Part shown: positions 24,101 to 34,200 of the stretch, piece by piece
Numbering within the stretch: the stretch's first letter is position 1
How the letters are laid out: every line of letters starts with the position of its first letter
Origin: Ranitomeya imitator
Taxonomy: Eukaryota
Length of the DNA stretch: 64,000 nt
Direction: 5' to 3'
NCBI RefSeq assembly: GCF_032444005.1
Contig: NC_091291.1
Coordinates: 141,174,001-141,238,000 of the forward strand
Notes under the pieces: generated by a model
Told to the model about the DNA's origin: nothing
Databases searched by the model: none
Seen by the model: only the letters and a program-made list of their open reading frames with translations
Made by a program: the position numbers and the translations under genes

Positions 24101-27100
24101 ACAAGAAGATCGGCGCAAGACGACAAGAAGATCGGCGCAAGACGAGAAGAAGATCGGCGCAAGACGACAAGAAGATCGGCGCAAGACGACAAGAAGATCG
24201 GCGCAAGACGACAAGAAGATCGGCGCAAGACGACAAGAAGATCGGCGCAAGACGACAAGAAGATCGGCGCAAGACGAGAAGAAGATCGGCGCAAGACGAG
24301 AAGAAGATCGGCGCAAGACGAGAAGAAGATCGGCGCAAGACGAGAAGAAGATCGGCGCAAGACGAGAAGAAGATCGGCGCAAGACGAGAAGAAGATCGGC
24401 GCAAGACGAGAAGAAGATCGGCGCAAGACGAGAAGAAGATCGGCGCAAGACTAGAAGAAGATCGGCGCAAGACTAGAAGAAGATCGGCGCAAGACTAGAA
24501 GAAGATCGGCGCAAGACGAGAAGAAGAGCGGCGCAAGACGAGAAGAAGAGCGGCGCAAGACGAGAAGAGCGGCGCAAGACGAGAAGAAGAGCGGCGCAAG
24601 ACGAGAAGAAGAGCGGCGCAAGACGAGAAGAGCGGCGCAAGATGAGAAGAAGAGCTGCGCAAGAGGAGAAGAAGAGCGGCGCAAGATCAGAAGGGGTCGA
24701 GGCGTAAGAGGAGGAGATGCGCAAGAGGAGCTTGAGGATGTGAAAAAGAGGAGGAGAGGCGGAAGAGGAGGAGTGTGAGGATGTGAAAAGAGGTGAAGAG
24801 GAAGAAGAGGAGACTATTCACTGACATGTAGAAATACGTAGAGGAGATCTCCGATCCTGCACGAGCCACATTCCAGTACTAATGCCTGGAAATAACTGAT
24901 CCTGCACCAGCAGCAATCCACTACTGGTGCGAAGGCTGTGCAGTCGGAGCTGATGTCCGTTTTAGTGGAGATGGTATAAAATGGACCGACTGCGATTCCC
25001 AAAATATATAAGAAATTGGCTTCAGTAGTTCAATGCAGGATGAGCTGTAAATGTTTTCATAATACCGTAATTTAGGAAAGTTATGAAATGTTCTATAAAT
25101 GTCTGTTCTGTTCCTGATCTCAGCTTTTAGTTGAGATGAATCTGTGCTGCACTTTATGCACATGCTCAGTAGTGACCGTTGCTGTGGGGTCATAGATGAG
25201 ATGAATCTGTGCTGCACTTTATGCACATGCTCAGTAGTGACTGATGCTGTGGAGTCTGGGTCAGGGAAATTGAGGAGTCGGAGTCAGTGGTTTGGATTGC
25301 CGACTCCATAGCCCTGACAGATACCAAGAAATAACGGATCCTGCACCAGCCGCCATCCACTACTGATAAGACTGTGGCGTCGGTAAGCCAGACCCCTGAC
25401 TCCCCAAATTCCCTGACTCCACAGCATCGGTCACTGCTGAGCATGTGCATAAAGTGCAGCACAGATTCATCTCCACTAAATGCCGAGATCCTAAGATCAG
25501 GAACAGAACAGACATTTATAGAACATTTCATAACTTTCCCAAATTATTCTGAAAACATTTACAGCACATCCTGCACTGAACCCAACTTATTATATATTAG
25601 GAGTTGGAGTCCGTCCATTTTATACAGACTCCAACTCCGATTCCACCAAAATGGGCACTGACTCCGACTCCACAGACCTGGATGTCTGGATATAACGGAT
25701 CCTGCACGAGCCGCCATCCACTACTGCCGGCCGGCAATCCTGCACCGGGGCGCAGAGCTGGAGGCTTCCGCATTTCCCGCCAGCAGCGGCACTTCTGCAT
25801 ATACCATACACACTGATCTCCTGACACTGAGGGTCACGGCTGCACAGACACTTCCCATCCTGAGCCGTCTTATACATGATATATGGAGCATTCTCAGCTG
25901 GATGACTCCAATAATGAATACCTGCACAGTGCCACCCAGCTTTCCCCAGAGCCTGAATGCCACCTACACCTGCTGTATATTTCCCCTACTTTGTCAGTCT
26001 TCACTGCAGTTCTGGTATCCTATTCCTGAATCAGCAGGCTCAGGCTGAGCAGAGTGCTCCACACAGGACGTAGTCGCCTTCGGGTCCATTCCACCAGTGA
26101 CCTCATATCAGCAGCTGTTTCCCTTCTCGCGGGCGGAGGGGTGGTTGCCCAGCGGGCGGCCGTGGGGTCCGGGAACGGTCACTCTTTGAGGTGGGAGATG
26201 TTTATCAGAACAGAATAAGAAAACAACTTCCTCTATCAGCAGGAATCAAACAGTCCTGAGCTGAGCACAGGGGCCGCAGTGTCCCCCGGGGGCCGGGCAC
26301 AAATGTACGCTAAAGGCCGAACCCTGGAGACCAAGTGCTGCTATGTAGAAATCAGTCACCACTACAGCAACTGAACAACTACAAGTCCCAGCATGCTGAC
26401 ATAGTGGCCACACTGGGAGTTGTAGTTGAGTTCAGAAATCAATAACGTTCCCGGTATCTGGAAATCCACATTAGGATCTCTGCTTCCGCTGCTGATTGTT
26501 CCTTACTAACAGGGGGCAGCGATCCTAATGGGGTCTTCATGGAGACCTTTAGGGTAAGTTCACACAGCGCGTTCTTGCTGATTTTTTTTCTGCAGCAAAA
26601 CCTGATTTTCTTGGCAGGAAAGAAGCTGCGTCAAAAAGGCAGGTTTAGGTGCGTTTTTGGTATGTATTTGGTGCGGTTTTTTTTTCTCTTTGTCCATTCT
26701 AATGTCCTTGGATTTTCAGCAGCAAAAACGTAGCAAATAATGATATCTGCATTTGGGCTGCGTTTTTTCAACACCCATTCAAGTCAATTGGCGAAAAACA
26801 CTGAAAAAATGCAGCAAAAACGCTGAAAAGTGACATGCTCTATGTCCAAAAAACACAGCAAAGCACAAAATGCAGATCACACAAAAAAACAATGTGTGCG
26901 ACTGTGCAGGAGATTTCTGAAAACTCATAGGCTCTGCTGGTATTGTAAAAGGCAAAAAAAAAAAATATAGCAGCAAAAACGCCCTGTGTGAACGTATCCT
27001 TATACGCCAGAGCCGACTCTGATCTCTGCGCCGACACATTGTAACAACCAGAGCAGAAGCCCCCGACACATTGTAACAACCAGAGCAGAAGCCCCCGACA

Positions 27101-30100
27101 CATTGTAACAACCAGAGCAGAAGCCCCCGACACATTGTAACAACCAGAGCAGAAGCCCCCGATACATTGTAACAACCAGAGCAGAAGCCCCCGACACATT
27201 GTAACAACCAGAGCAGAAGCCCCCGATACATTGTAACAACCAGAGCAGAAGCCCCCGACACATTGTAACAACCAGAGCAGAAGCCCCCGATACATTGTAA
27301 CAACCAGAGCAGAAGCCCCCGATACATTGTAACAACCAGAGCAGAAGCCCCCGACACATTGTAACAACCAGAGCAGAAGCCCCCGACACATTGTAACAAC
27401 CAGAGCAGAAGCCCCCGACACATTGTAACAACCAGAGCAGGAGCCCCCGACACATTGTAACAACCAGAGCAGGAGCCCCCGACACATTGTAACAACCAGA
27501 GCAGAAGCCCCCGACACATTGTAACAACCAGAGCAGAAGCCCCCGACACATTGTAACAACCAGAGCAGAAGCCCCCGACACATTGTAACAACCAGAGCAG
27601 AAGCCCCCGACACATTGTAACAACCAGAGCAGAAGCCCCCGACACATTGTAACAACCAGAGCAGAAGCCCCCGACACATTGTAACAACCAGAGCAGGAGC
27701 CCCCGACACATTGTAACAACCAGAGCAGGAGCCCCCGACACATTGTAACAACCAGAGCAGAAGCCCCCGACACATTGTAACAACCAGAGCAGAAGCCCCC
27801 GACACATTGTAACAACCAGAGCAGAAGCCCCCGACACATTGTAACAACCAGAGCAGAAGCCCCCGACACATTGTAACAACCAGAGCAGAAGCCCCCGACA
27901 CATTGTAACAACCAGAGCAGAAGCCCCCGACACATTGTAACAACCAGAGCAGAAGCCCCCGACACATTGTAACAACCAGAGCAGAAGCCCCCGACACATT
28001 GTAACAACCAGAGCAGAAGCCCCCGACACATTGTAACAACCAGAGCAGAAGCCCCCGACACATTGTAACAACCAGAGCAGAAGCCCCCGACACATTGTAA
28101 CAACCAGAGCAGAAGCCCCCGACACATTGTAACAACCAGAGCAGAAGCCCCCGACACATTGTAACAACCAGAGCAGAAGCCCCCGACACATTGTAACAAC
28201 CAGAGCAGAAGCCCCCGACACATTGTAACAACCAGAGCAGAAGCCCCCGACACATTGTAACAACCAGAGCAGAAGCCCCCGACACATTGTAACAACCAGA
28301 GCAGAAGCCCCCGACACATTGTAACAACCAGAGCAGAAGCCCCCGACACATTGTAACAACCAGAGCAGAAGCCCCCGACACATTGTAACAACCAGAGCAG
28401 GAGCCCCCGACACATTGTAACAACCAGAGCAGAAGCCCCCGACACATTGTAACAACCAGAGCAGAAGCCCCCGACACATTGTAACAACCAGAGCAGAAGC
28501 CCCCGACACATTGTAACAACCAGAGCAGAAGCCCCCGACACATTGTAACAACCAGAGCAGGAGCCCCCGACACATTGTAACAACCAGAGCAGGAGCGCCA
28601 ACACCTGTGGTCCCCCGGCTGCACCCCCTGTCACTGCTGCCACATGTGGTCCCCCCGCTGCACCCCCTGTCACTGCTGGCACCTGTGGTCCCCCGGCTGC
28701 ACCCCCTGTCACTGCTGCCACATGTGGTCCCCCCGCTGCACCCCCTGTCACTGCTGGCACCTGTGGTCCCCCGGCTGCACCCCTGTCACTGCTGGCACCT
28801 GTGGTCCCCCGGCTGCACCCCCTGTCACTGCTGGCACCTGTGGTCCCCCGGCTGCACCCCCTGTCACTGCTGGCACCTGTGGTCCCCCGGTTGCACCCCC
28901 TGTCACTACTGGCACCTGTGGTCCCCCGGATGCACCCCCTGTCACTGCTGGCACCTGTGGTCCCCCCGGCTGCACCCCCTGTCACTGCTGGCGCCTGTGG
29001 TCCCCCGGCTGCACCCCCTGTCACTGCTGGCACCTGTTGTCTCCCGGTGGCACCACCTGTCACTGCTGGCACCTGTGGTCCCCGGGCAGCACCTTCTGTC
29101 ACCTGTGGTCCCCCGGCTGCACCCCATGTCACTGCTGGCACCTGTGGTCCCCCGGTTGCATCCCGTCACTGGCTGTGGTCCCCCGGCTGCACCTACTGTC
29201 ACCCGTGGTCCCCCGGCTGCACCCCCTGTCACTGATGCCACATGTGGTCCCCCGGCTGCACCCCCTGTCACTGCTGGCACCTGTGGTCCCCTGGCTGCAC
29301 CCCCTGTCACTGCTGGCACCTGTGGTCCCCCGGCTGCACCCCCTGTCACTGCTGGCACCTGTGGTCCCCCGGTTGCACCCCCTGTCACCTGTGGTTCCCC
29401 GGATGCACCCCCATCACTGCTGGCACCTGTGGTCCCCCGGCTGCACCACCTGTCACTGCTGGCGCCTGTGGTCCCCCGGCTGCACCCCTTGTCACTGCTG
29501 GCACCTGTGGTCCCCCAGCTGCACCCCCTGTCACTGCTGGCACCTGTGGTCCCCCGGCTGCACCCCCTGTCACTGTAGGCACCTGTGGTCCCCCGGTTGC
29601 ACCCCCTGTCACTACTGGCACCTGTGGTCCCCCGGATGCACCCCCTGTCACTGCTGGCACCTGTGGTTCCCCGGATGCACTCCCATCACTGCTGGCACCT
29701 GTGGTCCCCCGGCTGCACCCCCTGTCACTGCTGGCGCCTGTGGTCCCCCGGCTGCACCCCCTGTCACTGCTGGCACCTGTTGTCTCCCGGTGGCACCACC
29801 TGTCACTGTTAGCACCTGTGGTCCCCGGGCTGCACCTCCTGTCACCTGTGGTCCCCCGGCTGCACCCCATGTCACTGCTGGCACCTGTGGTCCCCCGTTT
29901 GAATCCCGTCACTGGCTGTGGTCCCCCGGCTGCACCTACTGTCACCCGTGGTCCCCCGGCTGCACACCGTCACTGCTGACACCTGTGGTCCTCTGGCTGC
30001 ACCCCATCATTGCTGGCACCTGTGGTCCCCCGTTTGCACCCCCTGTCACTGCTGGCACCTGTGGTCCGCCGGCTGCAACCCCTGTCACTGCTGGCACCTG

Positions 30101-30818
30101 TGGTCCCCCGGCTGCAACCCCTGTCACTGTTGGCACCTGTGATCCCCCGGCTAAACCCCCTGTCACTGCTGGCACCTGTGATCCCCCGGCTAAACCCCCT
30201 GTCACTGCTGGCACCTGTGGTCCCGCGGTTGCACCCCCTGTCACTGCTGGCACCTGTGGTCCCCCGGCTGCCCCCTGTCACTGCTAGCACCTGTGGTCCC
30301 CCGGCTGCACCCCCTGTCACTGCTGGCACCTGTGGTCCCCCGGCTGCACCCCCTGGCACTACTGGCTCCTGTGGTCCCCCATTTGCACCTCCTGGCACTG
30401 CTGGCACATGTGGTCCCCCATTTGCACCTCCTGGCACTGCTGGCACATGTGGTCCCCCGGCTGCATCACCTGGCACCTGTGGTCCCCCATTTGCACCCCG
30501 TCAATCCTGGCACTTGTGGTCCCCCAGCTGCACCTTCTGGGACTTGTAGTGCCCTCAGTCACCCCCGTGCTCGCGCAGAGCCCCGCCCTCCTCACCGATC
30601 TGCCCGATGAACTCGATCTTCAGCCCCTGGTGCTCCAGCCTCTTGCCCGGGCTCCGCAGGGTGACGGTGACGCGGCCGGACACCGTCTCTCCGTCGTAGA
30701 AGAGGAAATATTTCTCCTTCTTGCCGTCCTCCGTCTTGTGCTCCACCCGCCGGCGGCTCTCTGCATCCGTCAGCGTGATGTCCAGCTCCGCTGCCGGCCC
30801 GAAGCCGAAGAAGCTCAT
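21162..30818 (-). CDS. VPS26B: Retromer subunit VPS26B, 336 aa, complete
   Basis: Coding exons (minus): 30818-30596, 23248-23092, 22748-22584, 22266-22091, 21826-21684, 21308-21162 (1011 nt). MSFFGFG...EHKTEDGKKEKYFLFYDGETVSG...ELYYDRGNHHEFVSLVKDLARPGE...YHLKDVIVGKIYFLLVRIKIKHMEIDIIKRETTGTGPNVYHENDT...EVVLWRKGDIVRKSMSHQAAIASQRFEGT; these are the B-paralog-type residues. Confidence 0.98.
22353..22507. mobile_element. Short Harbinger/PIF-like MITE relic in VPS26B intron 3
   Basis: Imperfect terminal inverted repeats GGCCGCATTCACAC / GTGTGAATACAGCC. Confidence 0.45.
23251..24812. repeat. Polypurine tract plus 22-bp minisatellite (23822-24685) at the 3' end of VPS26B intron 1
   Basis: Unit AAGAAGATCGGCGCAAGACGA(C/G); flanked by GA-rich degenerate sequence that runs up to the exon 2 acceptor. 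Confidence 0.95.
24932..25316. mobile_element. MITE copy 1 (GGCTGTGGAGTCGG...CCGACTCCACAGCCCTG-type termini)
   Basis: Termini GGCTGTGCAGTCGG and CCGACTCCATAGCCCTG; the interior is the reverse complement of copy 2. Confidence 0.65.
25368..25680. mobile_element. MITE copy 2, inverted relative to copy 1
   Basis: Termini GACTGTGGCGTCGG and CCGACTCCACAGACCTG; e.g. GAGCATGTGCATAAAGTGCAGCACAGATTCATCTC is the reverse complement of 25134-25168. Confidence 0.65.
26552..26999. mobile_element. Harbinger/PIF (Tourist-like) MITE in VPS26B intron 1
   Basis: TIRs GGGTAAGTTCACAC / GTGTGAACGTATCC; TTA duplication at 26549-26551 and 27000-27002; palindromic interior with repeated GCAGCAAAAACGC motifs. Confidence 0.75.
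27031..28596. repeat. Highly homogeneous 32-bp minisatellite (~49 units)
   Basis: Unit CCGACACATTGTAACAACCAGAGCAGAAGCCC; only A/G (gaagcc/gagcc) and C/T (gaca/gata) variants. Confidence 0.98.
28598..30545. repeat. 39-bp minisatellite at the 5' end of VPS26B intron 1
   Basis: Unit GGCACCTGTGGTCCCCCGGCTGCACCCCCTGTCACTGCT; ends about 50 nt from the exon 1 donor. Confidence 0.96.
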
Positions 30819-31250
30819 GGCTGCGGCGGAGACGAGGGCCCGGAACCAGGCGGCTGACAGCACCGAATCTCCACAGACCCCGGTCTCCGCTGCTGAGGAT
30901 CCAGCACACTGCGCACGCGCACAGCTCGGCCTGGATGACGCCGCACGTCACTGTGATGCCAGACACCAATATGATCCCCGAATGGCCAAGCAGAGCCAGT
31001 GCGCAGGCGTCATAGTCAATGCAGCGTGCTACTGACGTAATGGAGGAGCGCCATATTTCTTTTGGGCAACCGCTACCTGAGCCAGTAAGAGAGATGGCCG
31101 TAACACGAACATTCAAGTCCTCGGTTCTCATTGGCTGAAGGCGAAGCATAGTGATGACGTTCCAATCTGTGATTGGTAATTTCGTGTTGGGTTTTGGCGC
31201 TGGGCAGCAACTAACGGAGGAGCGGCGGTGTCTGCAGAAAACACCGGGAG
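30819..31250. promoter_or_regulatory. Bidirectional CpG-island promoter VPS26B/NCAPD3
   Basis: 432 bp between the two ATGs. NRF1 consensus TGCGCACGCGCA at 30910-30921 and a near-match at 31000; CRE-like TGACGT at 31033 and 31155; CCAAT/ATTGG at 30966, 31130, 31162, 31172; E2F consensus TTTGGCGC at 31193-31200; YY1-like GAGATGGCGG overlapping the NCAPD3 ATG. Confidence 0.8.
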
Positions 31251-34200
31251 ATGGCGGATAAGTCGGCGGTGCTGCTGGAGGCCCTGGACCGGTGCGGGTT
31301 CCGGAGCCTGAGGAAAGGTGAGCCCGACCTGCAATTGTGTAACGTCCAGCGTGACGGCAGCGTGCTACTCATATACAGTGTGCAGCATTATGCTCCAGAG
31401 CTGCACTCACTATGTACATACATTACATTACTGATCCTGAGTTACATCATGTATTATACTCCAGAGCTGCACTCACTATTCTGCTGGTGCAGTCACTGTG
31501 TACATACATTACTGATCCTGAGTTACATCCTGTATTATACCCCAGAGCTGCACTCACTATTCTGCTGGTGCAGTCACTGTGTACATACATTACATTACTG
31601 TTCCTGAGTTACATCCTGTATTATACCCCAGAGCTGCACTCACTATTCTGCTGGTGCAGTCACTGTGTACATACATTACATTACTGATCCTGAGTTACAT
31701 CCTGTATTATACCCCAGAGCTGCACTCACTATTCTGCTGGTGCAGTCACTGTGTACATACATTACATTGCTGATCCTGAGTTACATCCTGTATTATACTC
31801 CAGAGCTGCACTCACTATTCTGCTGGTGCAGTCACTGTGTACATACATTACTGATCCTGAGTTACATCCTGTATTATACTCCAGAGCTGCACTCACTATT
31901 CTGCTGGTGCAATCACTGTGTACATACATTACATTGCTGATCCTGAGTTACATCCTGTATTATACTCCAGAGCTGCACTCACTATTCTGCTGGTGCAGTC
32001 ACTGTGTACACACATTACTGATCCTGAGTTACATCCTGTATTATACCCCAGAGCTGCACTCACTATTCTGCTGGTGCAGTCACTGTGTACATACATTACA
32101 TTGCTGATCCTGAGTTACATCCTGTATTATACTCCAGAGCTGCACTCACTATTCTGCTGGTGCAGTCACTGTGTACATACATTACTGATCCTGAGTTACA
32201 TCCTGTATTATACTCCAGAGCTGCACTCACTATTCTGCTGGTGCAATCACTGTGTACATACATTACATTACTGATCCTGAGTTACATCATGTATTATACT
32301 CCAGAGCTGCACTCACTATTCTGCTGGTGCAGTCACTGTGTACATACATTACATTACTGATCCTGAGTTACATCCTGTATTATACCCCAGAGCTGCACTC
32401 ACTATTCTGCTGGTGCAGTCACTGTGTACATACATTACATTACTGATCCTGAGTTACATCCTGTATTATCCTCCAGAGCTGCACTCACTATTCTGCTGGT
32501 GCAGTCACTGTGTACATACATTACATTACTGATCCTGAGTTACCTCCTGTATTATACCCCAGAGCTGCACTCACTATTCTGCTGGTGCAGTCACTGTGTA
32601 CATACATTACATTACTGATCCTGAGTTACATCCTGTATTATACCCCAGAGCTGCACTCACTATTCTGCTGGTGCAGTCACTGTGTACATACATTACATTA
32701 CTGATCCTGAGTTACATCCTGTATTATACCCCAGAGCTGCACTCACTATTCTGCTGGTGCAGTCACTGTGTACATACATTACATTGCTGATCCTGAGTTA
32801 CATCCTGTATTTTACCCCAGAGCTGCACTCACTATTCTGCTGGTGCAGTCACTGTGTACATACATTACATTGCTGATCCTGAGTTACATCCTGTATTTTA
32901 CCCCAGAGCTGCACTCACTATTCTGCTGGTGCAGTCACTGTGTACATACATTACATTACTGATCCTGAGTTACCTCCTGTATTATACCCCAGAGCTGCAC
33001 TCACTATTCTGCTGGTGCAGTCACTGTGTACATACATTACATTACTGATCCTGAGTTACATCCTGTATTATACCCCAGAGCTGCACTCACTATTCTGCTG
33101 GTGCAGTCACTGTGTACATACATTACATTGCTGATCCTGAGTTACATCCTGTATTTTACCCCAGAGCTGCACTCACTATTCTGCTGGTGCAGTCACTGTG
33201 TACATACATTACATTACTGATCCTGAGTTACATCCTGTATTGTACTCCAGAGCTGCACTCACTATTCTGCTGGTGCAGTCACTGTGTACATACATTACAT
33301 TGCTGATCCTGAGTTACATCCTGTATTTTACCCCAGAGCTGCACTCACTATTCTGCTGGTGCAGTCACTGTGTACATATATTACATTACTGATCCTGAGT
33401 TACATCCTGTATTATACTCTAGAGCTGCACTCACTATTCTGCTGGTGCAGTCACTGTGTACATACATTACATTACTGATCCTGAGTTACATCCTGTATTA
33501 TACCCCAGAGCTGCACTCACTATTCTGCTGGTGCAGTCACTATTCTGCTGGTGCAGTCACTGTGTACATACATTACATTACTGATCCTGAGTTAATCCTG
33601 TATTATACCCCAGAGCTGCACTCACTATTCTGCTGGTGCAGTCACTGTGTACATACATTACATTACTGATCCTGAGTTACATCCTGTATTATACTCCAGA
33701 GCTGCACTCACTATTCTGCTGGTGCAGTCAGTGTGTACATACATTACATTACTGATCCTGAGTTACATCCTGTATTATACCCCAGAGCTGCACTCACTAT
33801 TCTGCTGGTACAGTCACTGTGTACATACATTACATTACTGATCCTGAGTTACATCCTGTATTATACCCCAGAGCTGCACTCACTATTCTGCTGGTACAGT
33901 CACTGTGTACATACATTACATTACTGATCCTGATACTCCAGAGCTGCACTCACTATTCTGCTGGTGCAGTCACTGTGTATATACATTACAGTACTGAGCA
34001 TATATTAGTCCCCGGAGCTGTGCTCACCATTCTTTCATCCTGCATGTACATTACACCGGTGTTTCTTCTCTTGCAGCCTGGGTGGATTCCGTCTGGGACT
34101 TGGACTTCACAGAGTCTGAGCCACTGGACTCCCGTGTGGAGGCTGATATTGTGGAGAACGGGCTGGAGGTGCTGAATTACTTGTATGAGGCTCTTCTGCC

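Noticed and set aside
27031-28596. CRISPR-like regular 32-bp periodicity (also the 29-, 36- and 86-bp arrays)
   Set aside because: Units are head-to-tail with no unique spacers, there are no cas genes, and the context is a spliced vertebrate locus.
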